Below are positions 14,107 to 26,529 of a stretch of 64,000 nucleotides of DNA, in pieces. How positions within the stretch are numbered: position 1 is the stretch's first letter; each line of letters opens with the position of its first letter. The translations under genes and the position numbers were made by a program. Location of the stretch: NCBI GenBank assembly GCA_028023455.1, contig JAQFVV010000003.1, positions 29,760,001 to 29,824,000 of the forward strand, in the 5' to 3' direction. The stretch comes from Epiperipatus broadwayi. Lineage: Eukaryota > Animalia > Onychophora. The notes under the pieces are model-generated. The model searched no databases. It saw only the letters and a program-made list of their open reading frames with translations, and was not told the origin of the DNA.

Positions 14107-15998
14107 TATATTATATTGCTAAGAACTACATGTAAAATTGTTGTCTAAAATTATTAAAACAAAATCTTATAATTAAATAACTAAAAGATTTTGAAATTAA
14201 AACTTTGATGAATAATAAAATTACTGCAGAGTATTTTATCAAGAAATGATTGAATTAAAAATATCTCATTTAAAAGAAATAATCTATAAAAGTTTAGTTT
14301 TCTTTATATAAGCGGAGATCGCCAGGGAGGAGGGGATGGTGTTAAATGGTCATTCGTAAAGTTTTCCAAATTAATTAGAGTAATTCGGAGGGAGGGGTGA
14401 TGTAACTTAGAAAGTTTAAACTATTAAAGAAAAAAAGAAATCTAAAAACTAAAAATCTCTATTTGCATTTATTTTAAGAATAAGGGACGCCTGAATAGAG
14501 ATTGATTTTAATATAAAGAGAGTAAATGTATGTGAATAATATTAAAATAAAGGAAAGCTTATAATTAAATTTTAAAATTCCCTTAAAGATTGCATAACTG
14601 ATAGGCTGCATAGGAATGGGATTAGCAATGATTACTAATTAATCAAAATTCATAAGCAACAGAACTAATTAAAAATGCATCTCATCCAAAATTTGATCAA
14701 CATAAGCAGTGGATAGATTTTGAACAATGAAAATAATTAGCGGATTTAAAATTAATTAAAAGATAACAACAAGATAGCATCACATAAATAGGGCTGCAAA
14801 TTTCATCATTCAGTCATTCATGTGTCTAGATTCAATCACCTATTAGATTTAATTTTCAATGAATACAATGCTGTATAAAGCAGATGTGAGAGCATGCGAC
14901 CGAGCTCCAGCCTTCATCTGCAAAAACAGCAGTCTGCCCAATAAAAGCCATGCCCATCTAATAATTTGAAGCCACCAAGAATGTCTAACAGCCTGAAATA
15001 GAAGTAGCCCAGAACTGCAATCATCAGGACCACACCAAAAGCCTAAACTCCAACGAGTTGGTAAAACACACATGCAGCAGCAAAGAACAAGAAGCCACCG
15101 TGTTTAAAATCCTACAGGTAATAACATTTTCTTATTCCCACTCCTGATTTTTTTATATTAATCTATAAGTAGCCATTGCAATCTTTGAGTATCCTCAGAG
15201 CCAGCATATAATAAACTATAGCATGTGTGGGTTCATGTGTTTCCTAAAGTATCAAATAAATAGTTACAGAGCTTTCAAATCATGAAATAATTTGTTGTAA
15301 TTTCAAGGTTGTGTGTGCTCCATCCATATAGTGTTTATATTACATTATTATTGTATGTTTTATTACGAATGTGTGTAGTTATTATATATAAAATTGTTTA
15401 TTTAATTAAAAATTTATAAAATTAGTTTACAAATTATAGTAAACATTTTATATAAAATAAAGTATTTGTCTATCAATTACTGTCGGTCAATTCTTTAATT
15501 ACACCACTAAGATCAATTTAGTAAAGAACTTATACAAGCAGTTTATTGAATTATATTTCCATTGAGCTAGTTGGGATTTCTTAGGCACTGAATTAGTTTG
15601 CCATCATTCAGGGCATGTTATTGTTAACTGCTTATAGTTAGCTGGTGCCTGAAGCTTCAAAACAAATAAAGTGCTTTGAATGACGGGTTGAATTCAGCAG
15701 CTGAGAAGATCTGTGGCCTGGAAAGGTGGTTATGGTTATATATATCTTATATAACTTTGGCCTGGCCATAGGTATCCTCTGGTATTATGCTTTTCCACCT
15801 AAGGGGCCGGTGTGATGTAATACTTAAATTGCAGCTGGAGCAGATCGAATTTATAATAAATAATGTTATAATATAGTCATTTTTCTATAAAATAAGTCAA
15901 CAATTTCTTTTACAATTTTGCTTATCACAATTTTTTATTAAAGAGTAAAAATTTTATAATATATATATTTTTATTTGATCTATCTCCCACCCAGTTCA
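14107..15998 (+). repeat. 5' LTR of element A
   Basis: Colinear with 20980-23092 (for example CTACATGTAA..GTCTAAAATTATT..AAACTTTGATGAATAATAAAA through TATCTC(C/T)CACC(CA/TG)GTTCA). The start position is approximate. Confidence 0.8.
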
Positions 15999-16369
15999 TT
16001 TGGCCACTAATAAATATATATATATTATAAAACTTTTACTCTTCAATAAAAAATTGTGATAAGCAAAATTGTAAAACAAATTGTTGACTTCTTTTTTAGA
16101 AAAATGACAATATTATAAAATTATTTATTATAAATTCGATCTGCTTCAGCTACAGTTTAAGTATTGCATCACACCAGCCCCTTAGATAGAGAAGCATAAT
16201 ACCAAGCGGGTACCTATGGTCAGGCTGAAGTTATATAAGGTATATATAACCATAACCACCTTTTCAGGCCACAGATCTTCTCAACTGCTGAATTTACTTC
16301 TGTCATTCAAAGCACTTTAATTGTTTCAAAATAAACTTCAGGCATCAGCTAACTACAAGAAGTAGTTAG
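15625..16369. repeat. Large inverted repeat (fold-back) with about 350-bp arms and about 30-bp spacer
   Basis: About 16009-16369 is the reverse complement of about 15625-15976 (for example GCACTTT/AAAGTGC, CCACAGATCTTCTC/GAGAAGATCTGTGG, TTGTGATAAGCAAAATTGTAAAA/TTTTACAATTTTGCTTATCACAA). Confidence 0.9.
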
Positions 16370-16398
16370 CTGGCATCTGAAGTCAGCATGGAATCCTT

Positions 16399-16755
16399 TG
16401 TTTCATTAGCCACTTATTGAAGGGATCGGAAGTGAACTACACTGTAACTGAAAAAGAGGCCCTAGCGGTTGTATGGGCATTCAAGAAATTCTGGCCATAT
16501 TTAATAGGCTTTGAGATAGTGGTAATTACTGATCATAAGAGTCTCAAGTTTATTAATCATAGCTTCCTGAATGATAGCAGGTTAATAAGATAGAGCTTGT
16601 TTCTTTAGGAATTTAATTACAAAATGGCATACTGTCGTGGTAAAGAAAATATTGTGGCAGACACTTTGAGCCAATATCCGGAAATTGGTGAACAACACCT
16701 AAGTAGTGACAGAGCGTATATAGCTGCAGCTAAAATATATAAAAAAATGGGATAG
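16399..16755 (+). pseudogene. Gypsy pol RNase H remnant of element A
   Basis: NYTVTEKEALAVVWAFKKFWPYLIGFEIVVITDHKSL..SRLIR*SLFL*EFNYKMAYCRGKENIVADTLSQ. The two stops sit at positions expected to be W and Q. Confidence 0.9.
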
Positions 16756-16860
16756 AAAATGACTTGCATAGGTTAAAGGAGCAGCAAGGAGAAAACAACA
16801 ACAAACAAATAATGGAATATTTATGCCATCAGCCTGAATGAAAATGGCAAATAATCCACT

Positions 16861-17053
16861 ATGGAAGGACAGGAATTACTTTTGCTTGAAGGGAGGACTC
16901 TAACAGCATGTATTTTAGAAAACAAACAAACATGCATTCTTCTGGTCGCTGTGAGGAAACAGATAATTAAATATGTCCATGAAATGTATGGACATTATGG
17001 GGCAAGTAAAGATGAGGGATGGCTGAGCCATTGGTTCTACTGGCCAGGAATGT
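16861..17053 (+). pseudogene. Integrase HHCC zinc-finger N-half of element A
   Basis: RKQIIKYVHEMYGHYGASK..WFYWPGM, broken at the solo-LTR insertion. Confidence 0.85.
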
Positions 17054-19941
17054 TGTACCGGTCGAAAATGTATATCCATGCAACAATATTTAGAATCTAA
17101 GCAAAAGTACCCCGAATCCAATCATGTCCCAGATACACAGGTCAGGAGCAATCATGAATTCAAACTTATTTGCCCATTTCCCAAATCTATAACATTACAG
17201 ACCAACACCTACAGTGATACTACATAAATTAATTATTTCCAGGCCCTGTGCTACATTGTTTTGCATGATAACTCAGCTGATGATGATGAAAGATTGAGTG
17301 AACCCAATATATAAGTTAAAACATACATAAATATAAATTTTATTAAAGAGATTCGAACAACTGGATTAAAGTTTAAAAATATAAATACTTATTTTGACAA
17401 AAATTTAAAGGTGATTTTATCTATAATCAACTTCATGCATTTAAAACTTTATTTTTATTATACACATTTAACATACTTGATGCAATTATTTTATTTAAAC
17501 AAATATCAATTTAGTATGGCAGTTACAATACTGAATGTATATTTAAAATAGGATTTTATTCAATGTTACAAAAATGGATATGATAGAGTTTCACTGATTA
17601 TACGATTTTAGTAGGATACCCTTGGCATTTCATACGTAAGTTTATTTTCAATTTATAGACTTTATTTGTAACAATAAAAATAAGGATATATTTTGATCAA
17701 TGAGTAGACTGAAACATTTATTTTACACATTTTTGACATTAATAATGATAGAATATTGTCAAACTCTATAAATACAGGAATGGCTTATTTCAATAAAGGG
17801 GAGGGCAGCTTCATGAGAAGTTGGATCTAAACTCCAAAGAAAAATATAAAATTATCACATACCATTATGATTTATTTTGTTAAACAGGCTAGAAAACTAA
17901 CTATAAGAAATTGCAGTGCTAGAATTATGTCAGTGAGAGAGAAGGTGGCAGTTTCTGCCAAGAAAACATCATTCTCCAAATTTTTAAGGTGGTACACCAG
18001 CTTCATGCTAGAGTGGTACCGAAAGAAAAAGGTAGGCAGGAAGTTGCTATGATCTGGATCATGGCAAAGCCATACAGAGCTTCATCTACAGTAACCTGCA
18101 TGTTCCAGAAGTAAACTTAGACTTCTGTTATGAACGAGAACCCTAAAATATGGGAGACTTTGAATCCTCGGCGCGAGATACGAGCGAATCAAAGCAGTAT
18201 ATAAATATATACTTGCAAGAGAAAAATGATGAATGAAGATGATCACGATTCCCTGGATGAGGTACAGGCAAATCAGATCAAAGCCCTATGTGGCTTATTA
18301 ATAATTTGACTTATGCCAGCAACGCTATCATAAGAATATAAAGTCATTGAATTTAAATACTAAAATAAAGCCTTAAATGGTTTAACAAATACGTAATGAT
18401 ATGCTAAAATAATGACCCATGTAAGATAAAGTCATTTATCGTAAGTTAAACTATAATTAATGAAGCGTGCATTTCTCCTTCTTGAATCAATACTATTTTG
18501 TTTAAATATAAAAAAAAAAAACTAAAATTCATGCACTTAAAAGTGTGAACAAAATAGAATTTGTTCATCAACCTTTTTGGCGATTATGATGAATAAATAA
18601 ATTTATAAAACTAACAGACACCAAATTCACCCCAGATTGCAAAATATTTATACATTTTGTATAATTTTACGGTAAATTATATTTTTTTAAAAAAGCATAT
18701 ATTCATTTTAAAAGAAAAACTCAGTCTTACAAACTATTTAGAAATAAATAAATAAGAATGCATTAATTCCCCCCCCCTCTTTTCCACAGTGGGATATAGA
18801 AGAAGTTCGTAAGACTGGGTTTGATTGGCATTTACAAATAAAATTAAGTAAAAAATATAAAAGTATTAAAAATAAATTATAACCGCACTAAGTTATAAAA
18901 ATAATAAGAAGTGTGAGTTGGATGAAAAGTTTTTACAGTAGTATGATTTAGATAGAAAAGAATCGATACAAAAAGATTAACATATTCACTAAGTTTTTTA
19001 AAAAAAATTAAAAAAAACATTAATTTTAAAGAGTTACAAGTTAGAATTAGTTAATATGATTATAATGTCTTTGGGCTGGTTACCTCAGGATTCTATGAAG
19101 TACTGACAAATCTTCTGTGGCAGGTGGCATACTTTGATGACACGGACACTCTTGAGTGGTAGGAGCCACATTTCTGCACAGTGAAGAATGGAGCTGAAGA
19201 CAGAGGGAAGACGGCTGAGGTTCCTCAAAAAGTAAACAGACATGGAGTCGGCTGGCAACGATTGACCAGATTCTGATACAATAGATTTTTAGCCCTATTT
19301 ATTTCAGTTTTTAGTTATTCAAAGAATGTTTGTTTTAATTGAACTTCTTAACTATAATTTATTTTTAATTTACAGAAATTTTTTCTCTATTTTTAGTAGA
19401 GATGCAATCATTAGATAACTGTCCAAAAATAAATTCAAATCAATTTTCAGATTGGAAATAGATTTTATAAAAATATTAATAGCTAACTAAAATCAATTAG
19501 CTTTGTTTTAGATTTTACTTTAATTTAAAAATTCCTTTTAAATCATGAAGCAAACTAATGTTTCCACCTCTTTAATTATTCTTGGACAATTAATGACTGC
19601 ATCTTCCATCTTGAATATTTGTGTAATTATATGAAGAAAAATAATTACAAAGTATTAAAAATATAATTAAGAAAAAAAATACAAAATTATTTACAATATT
19701 TGTTTATGCTTTTATATATGTAAAAGCTCTGTTAATATATGTGTATATCTAAGTCACATCTAGAGATATCAGTATAAAAATAATTAAAGAATTTTTATTT
19801 AAAATTTATATTTATAACTTTTATAGACACTTCTCAGAAATATATGTATAGTTTATATACATGTGACAAAAAAAGCAGGATGAAACGTAGGTTGTGGTAG
19901 AGCAGTGAAACTCGATCTCGAACTAAAATTCAACTGTTTCA
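17054..19941 (-). mobile_element. Solo LTR, family B copy 1 (about 2.9 kb)
   Basis: TG...CA termini with a 4-bp TSD ATGT (17050-17053 and 19942-19945). Reverse-complement homology to 38170-41036. Removing it rejoins the integrase reading. Confidence 0.85.
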
Positions 19942-20900
19942 ATGTACACCAATATTGCAGATGTCATTGGCAAATGCACTGTATGTTCAACAACCAAGCC
20001 TCCTAATACATTGGGAATAGGGCCAATGCAACCTATTTATGCCCAATGTCTGACTAAATAGCAATAGACTTCTATGGACCCCTGCCTCCATTCAAAAAAT
20101 GAAATATCATGGCATATGTGTTTTTGTATGATGTGTTTCTGAAGTTGGTAGCTGCATATCTAGTAACTCAAGCTAACACAAAAATTATTTGGGTCTTGGA
20201 GCAACAGCACTTTAAGACTAGGAATTCCAGACAAAATCTTGTCAGATCATGGAATGCCCTTTGTATCTAGCAAATGGAAGAAATGGACAAACAGGCATGG
20301 GATAAAGCATTTACTTACATCAATTCGTAACCCTGTGTGAACAGATTATGAGGGAGTTGGGGCATTTGTTTTGTGTTTATATACAAGATGATCATCACAG
20401 ATGGGTGAAAGAAATCCCATGAATGGTCAACATGATAAACTGGTCAAGAAACAAGTCCACAGGATTTGAACTGGTTCAACTACATTTTGGAAGAAATATT
20501 CCGTATCCATTTGAGACCAGACTGCCAGTGGGGATGAATCCAATAAATAAGAAAAGGGATGCTGAGCAAGTACTCAACCGACTAAAAAATGGGCAAACTA
20601 TGGCAGAAGAGGCAGGGAAAAGCTAAAGCCATATTCAGAATGGGAGATGAAGTCATGGTGAGAGTTCATCTGGTGAATCATTCTGAAAAACATATACAAG
20701 AAATTGTATGAGATTTACAGTGGCTCATGTAGTCAAGTGGAAATATGGCAATAACGCATTTGTGATAGCGCAGGGGATGGAAGAAAAGGGAACATATGGC
20801 AATAATGCATTTGTGATAGTGCAGGGGATGGAGGAAAAGGGAACATATACTGCACAGTCATTAAGGTTAGTAAAAAGGGAAGGAAAAACAACCACCAGAC
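19942..20900 (+). pseudogene. Integrase CC, DDE core and GPY/F tail of element A
   Basis: MYTNIADVIGKCTVC..IAIDFYGPLP..GIPDKILSDHGMPFVSSKWK..CEQIMRELG..KSTGFELVQLHFG..FRMGDEVMVR..GNNAFVI, with frameshifts and stops. Confidence 0.88.
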
Positions 20901-20979
20901 AGGTGGTAATAATAAAAAAAATAAATGTTAGAGATAAAATGGTAAAAAATGACACATTTTATTCTTAAATGGAGGGGGG

Positions 20980-23102
20980 TGTAATGTACCACTAATGAAT
21001 AGTGCTACATGTAACATTGTCTAAAATTATTGAAACAAAATCTTATATTTAAATAAAAAGATTTTGAAATTAAAACTTTGATGAATAATAAAATCATTGC
21101 AGAGTATTTTATCAAGAAATGATTATCAATTAAAAACATCTCATTTAAAATAAATAATCTATAAAGGTTTAGTTTTTTTATATAAGTGTAGATCGCCAAA
21201 GGGCAAACGTCATTTATTAATATAAGTTGTACTAGTTTAAAGTAATAAAAAACAATTAGAGAGGTCATTAACAGTCATTCATAATGTTTTACAAATTATA
21301 GTAATTCAGAGGGAGGGGGAATGTAACTTAGAAAGTTTAAACTATTAAAGAAAAAAAAGAAATCTAAAAACTAAAAATCTCTTTTCATTTATTTTAAGAA
21401 TAATGGATGTGTGAATAGAGATTTATTTTAAATATAAAGAGAGTAAATGAATGTGAGTAAATAAAATATGAAAGTTAAATATTAAAATAAAGTAACATTT
21501 ATAAACTGGATTCCAAGAGATTGTAAAAGACCCAGAAAGAGACTACATGTGAGATGGATGGATGAAATAAGAAAGTGTGCAGGGGTGATGTAGAGAAGAG
21601 AAGCTAAAGATCGAAGAAGATGGATTAAACTTGGAGAGACCTTCATCCTGCAGTGGATTGATAATGGATGATAATGATGATGATAATTTTAAAATTCCCT
21701 CAAAGATTGCATAACTGGTAAGCTGCATAGAAATGGAATTAGCAATGGCTACTAATTAATCAATTAAAGTCCATAAGCAACAGAACTAATTAAAAATGCA
21801 TCTTATCCAAAATTTGATTAATATAAGCAGTGGAGGGATTTTGAACAATGAAAATAATTAGCGGATTTAAAATTAATTAAAAGATAACAACAAGATGGCA
21901 TCACATAAATAGGGCTGCAAATTTCATCATTCAGTCATTCACATATTTAGACTCAATCACCTATTTAGTTTTCAATGAATACAAAGCCATACTAAGCAGA
22001 AGTCAGAGCATGCAACCAAGCTCCAGCCTTCATCCACAAGAACATCAGCAGTCTGTGTGATAGAAGCCATGCCTATCTAATAATTTGAAGCCACCAAGAA
22101 TGTCTAACTGACTGAAATAGAAGTAGCCCAGAACCACAATCATCAGGACTGGACCAGAAGCCTAAAATCCTACCAGTTGGTAAACCATACATGCAGCAGC
22201 AAAGAGCAAGAAGCCACATTTAAAATCCTATAGTAATAACATTTTCTTATTCCCTTTCCTGATTTTTTTATATTAATCTATAAGTAGCCATTGCAATCTT
22301 TGAGTATCCCCAGAGCCAGCATTTAACGAACTGTAATATGTGTGGGTTCACGTGTTTCCTAAAGTAGCAAATAAATAGTTATAGAGGTTTCAAATCATGA
22401 AATAATTAGCTGTAATTCCAAGGTTGTGTGTGCTCCATCTGTATAGTGTTTATATTACAATATTATATGTTTTATTAAAAATGTGTGTAGTTATTATATA
22501 TAAAATCATTGTTTATTTAATTAAAAATTTATAAAATTAGTTTACAAATTATAGTAAACATTTTATTTAAAATAAAATATTTGTCTGTCAATTACTGTCA
22601 GTCAATACCACTATGAACAATGTAGCAATGAACTTATACAAGCAGTTTATTGAATTATATTTCCATTGAGCTAGTTGCGATTTCTTAGGTGCTTAATTAG
22701 TTTGCCACCATTCAGGGCATATTAACTACTTCTTGCAATTAGCTGGTGCCTGAAGTTTACTTTAAAACAAATAAAGTGCTTTGAATGACAGGGGTTGAAT
22801 TCAGCAGCCGAGAAGTTCTATGGCCTGAAAAGATGGTTGTTGTTATATATATCTTATATAGCTTCAGCCTGGCCATAGGTACCTTCTGGGTATTATGCTT
22901 CTTTGCCTAAGGAGTCGGTGTGATGCAATACTTAAAGTGCAGCTGAACAGATTCAGTTTATAATAAATAATTTTATAATATTGTCATTTTTCTATAAAAG
23001 AAGTCAACAATTTATTTTACAATTTTGCTTATCACAATTTTTTATTAAAGAGTAAAAATTATATTTCTTCAATCTATCTCTCACCTGGTTCAATATATTA
23101 CA
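20980..23102 (+). repeat. 3' LTR of element A
   Basis: Follows the PPT, has TGTAAT...ATTACA inverted termini, and is homologous to 14107-15998. The end could alternatively be 23092. Confidence 0.8.
21505..21682 (+). mobile_element. 5'-truncated RTE-clade LINE 3' end
   Basis: WIPRDCKRPRKRLHVRWMDEIRKCAGVM*RREAKDRRRWIKLGETFILQWIDNG* followed by a (TGA/TAA)n tail. It is absent at the equivalent point of the 5' LTR (about 14565). Confidence 0.8.
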
Positions 23103-23709
23103 ATGGATTATATCAATGTACAAAACTGCCTCAAAACCAATGGAATATTTGAAGTCTATAACATACTAGCTATATGTGATGACTGTTTAAATTTATGCCC
23201 CCCCCATATATTTATAGCTCCTACATTGACATATCCAAAGACAATACAATTTTACTGAAAGTTATCATCAAACCTCACTTGGAATTTCAAATGTATACTA
23301 CCGTATTATCTAAACTTGAATATTGATTATTCTTAATTAAAGATAAGTTAGAGTTCATTTTATCATATCTCACCATCAATTCATGTAAGAATAAAGTCAG
23401 TATCATAGCTTATTTATTTTTCATGGGTTGACATTCAATAATACTATAGAGAAGCCACTTGTAAAGATACAGAATTGTTATATTATATTACACATTCATT
23501 TACCACCAATCATAAGCATTATATTGAGCATGAATTTTTCTAAACTTTTTCTTCTTTTTAATCAGGTACATAAATAATATATATTGTAACACTGCATGGG
23601 GTTGTTAAAAAATGTGAAGTTGATTTTAATCTGTATCAAAATTCTTTATATAAATAATGAGATTTTTATAATGTTAGAATTTTATTTCTAGTTTTACATA
23701 AATTAACGA

Positions 23710-23926
23710 GTAATATTTAAACAGCATTAAACTGTTGCACATGCGCTTTGGATTTTAACTATAAAATGAATGAATACAAACACTTCAAACACATGATAAA
23801 GTCTTTGGAAAAGATAGAATGGCCATTCTATCTTTTCCAAATACTTTATCATGTGTTTGTGTTCATTCATTTTATAGTTAAAATCCAAAGTGCATATGCA
23901 ACAGTTTAATGCTGTTTAAATATTAC
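23710..23926. repeat. Spacer-less palindrome (MITE-like insertion), 217 bp
   Basis: Centre GAATGG|CCATTC at 23822/23823. The arms pair out to GTAATATTTAAACAGC/GCTGTTTAAATATTAC. It is absent from the sister LTR near 56090. Confidence 0.9.
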
Positions 23927-24178
23927 AATTTGTAAAAAACATCATGCTATATAAAATAATTGACTTATTTATATAAATTAACAAGTGAAAATGAGACTCG
24001 ATAACAATATATTGAGAAATCAAAGGGCAGTTTTTATGAGTTTCAAAATATATTCAAAAAATTAAATAATCATGATCTCATGTAAATGTAATACAAATTA
24101 TGTCTGACGTGATTGAAGTTTGTTTTAATAAGTGAACATAGAGAAATAAAACAAATGCAAAATAAATTAGTAAGAAAG

Positions 24179-26047
24179 GTAGTCTTCTCTTAGCATGTTG
24201 AAATCACGAGAGGGCATACTTTCTATGCAAATGCACAGAAATATGCCATTTACGTGGTCCAATATTTTTATGCTTTTGCATAGAAAGTTATGGCCTGTAG
24301 AACAGTTCTGTTCATATTAGCCATTTTCAGGTTTAGATGGCATTTCACACTAATATTATGGCCCGCTGATGTGCTTCACAACACTATGCAAATGTGCACA
24401 CTTAACAGATCACTACCATTTAGTATGAGGGTGTTTGGAATTCAACTGGCCATAACTGTTGTAATATGCTTTTGTAATAGTGATCTTGCACCCTATCTGA
24501 CATACTAGTACATACTAATAATTATAAGCCTGTCCCCGCACTTGCTTATACATCATGGAATGTGAAAAGAATTGCAAATGGGTCAGGCCAAGCATCATTT
24601 CACACAAGTCATGCAAAAAACATTTGCACAACAATGGCTAAGAGTCAAATGAAATGGCTGAGGCTGCACATTGTTTTGCAAAATGTAAGCTTGGTTTGAT
24701 CAGAGCACTGCATCTTTTGGTCAGATCAAGAACAGATATGAGACACAGAAAATGTTTGAAGTTGCATGTTATTTTGCAAATCTTAATCTTGGTTTGATTC
24801 AGAGTACTGCATCTTTTGGCCAATTCTTTGGACCAGCAAAAACATCGGTCTTCCCCCTGCCCATTCCAGTGTGACACGCTGACTTGTCTAATGTAATTTA
24901 AAAATGTAATTATTGTATTTTAGAAGATAATTTCGGTTCATAAATTGAGTAGTGCACTTTAGACCGGCCAAACCATCGGTTCTCCTCTGTGCATATTCCA
25001 GTGCTACATGCTGATTTGCAGAATATAATTTAAAATATCGTAATTCTTGTATTTTTGAAAATAATTTTTTTTTTTTTTACAAAATAATGTCATTTCATAA
25101 ATTGTTTAAAAATAGTTTGCAAAATGTTGCAAGGCACTAAAATGTGTAATGTAATTAAAAAAAAAAGGGATAGGGAAATAAAGGAAGCAATATTTATAAA
25201 GAAAATTAAACCAAATCTTAATAAAAATGGGGGAGGAGTAAAAACAATAATAGCATAAAAGGAAATAATAGTATAAGAGAAAAGGAAGTTTTTTTTTTTG
25301 GTGTGATAGAAATAGTAAGAAATATTAATAGTTATAAAAATAGTTAATAGAGGGAGCTGTAGGATAGAATATGAAAGAGAGGTTAAAAGGAAGTTGAATT
25401 ACTAGAGCAAGATGGAGGATAAAGAAAGTAGAAAGAATAGAATAAGAAGATTTTATATGAAATAAGAAGGTAATATGAATGGAAATAAGTATTTAATTAG
25501 AATAAAAGATAAAGAAAGATTATATTGATAGTGATTAATTTTTTTTTTTGAGTAGGGTAATTAAAATTACTTTATAATGTAAATGTTATATGTATTAAAG
25601 TTATATGTATATGTTATAAAGAAAGAGGATAGAAAAGATTTTAAAAGAATATAAAATAGGATGGTAAATATGTTAAAGATATTATATGAATTGAAAAGGT
25701 TAGGAAATATTTTTAAAAAAATTTAAAAGTTTGATAGGAATTTAATAATTTTATATAAAATAATGTATTTTAATGGTTGTATTTTTATGTGTTGAAATTT
25801 TGTAGATCTGATGAAGACTGCATGGTACAGTCGAAACTGTAATCAATAATAAAAGTTTTTTTGCTGAAAAGTGAGAGTGTGTACGATTTTTGAAATTCAA
25901 TATTAGTAATTTAAAAACATAATTATTCTATTTTAGAAAATAATGTTAAAGTTGAAAATAAAAAAAAGGCACAGTTACATTATATTTGTGTTTGTTTACA
26001 TAAAAAGTATGCCCTCTGATGATTTCAACATGCTAAGAGATGACTAC
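24179..26047. mobile_element. Non-autonomous TIR DNA element, about 1.87 kb, superfamily unassigned
   Basis: About 46-bp TIRs GTAGTC(T/A)TCTCTTAGCATGTTGAAATCA..AGAGGGCATACTTT, plus internal direct repeats at 24660-25050. It is absent from the sister LTR at about 56330. A TSD of GAAA(G) is possible. Confidence 0.8.
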
Positions 26048-26449
26048 TGAAAGCCATATTTTATTTACAATAATTAAAAGAAATGAAAGCAGAAAATGAT
26101 AAGCCAGACTTAACAATTTCAGTTATTTATAAAAGTATTGGTCCATAAAATTATTTATAAAAAGGATTAAAATAAATATCAAAATAGATCTCATAAATCC
26201 AGATAGGTGTTATGGGGAGAGAAATAAAAAAAAGGATATAAGTTCTTTTTGTTTTATTAAATTCAACAACTTTTATTCCTTTGTATTTTTTTTTTGAGCA
26301 AAGAAAAATACATATATAAATGTAGATTAACTGTCAATCTACTCTCCCAAACATACTGGATTTGTATGTGCATATAAGACTAAAAAATATTGTGTTCAAA
26401 ATTTTTTATTTGGCATTGTAGATTCTTTAGGAGTTTTAAATATTACAAA

Positions 26450-26451
<2 letters not shown>

Positions 26452-26505
<54 letters not shown>

Positions 26506-26529
26506 TGATGATGATGATAATAATAATAA
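26452..26529. repeat. (TAA)n/(TGA)n compound microsatellite
   Basis: About 17 TAA units, 5 TGA units and about 4 TAA units, read directly. Confidence 0.95.

Larger units (their letters stand above)
14107..23102 (+). mobile_element. Ty3/Gypsy LTR retrotransposon A, decayed; gag/protease/RT missing
   Basis: Direct repeats at about 14107-15998 and 20980-23102. The PPT AAATGGAGGGGGG abuts TGTAAT at 20980, and ATTACA lies at 23097-23102. RNase H and integrase remnants lie between the repeats. TSD not resolved. Confidence 0.85.
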
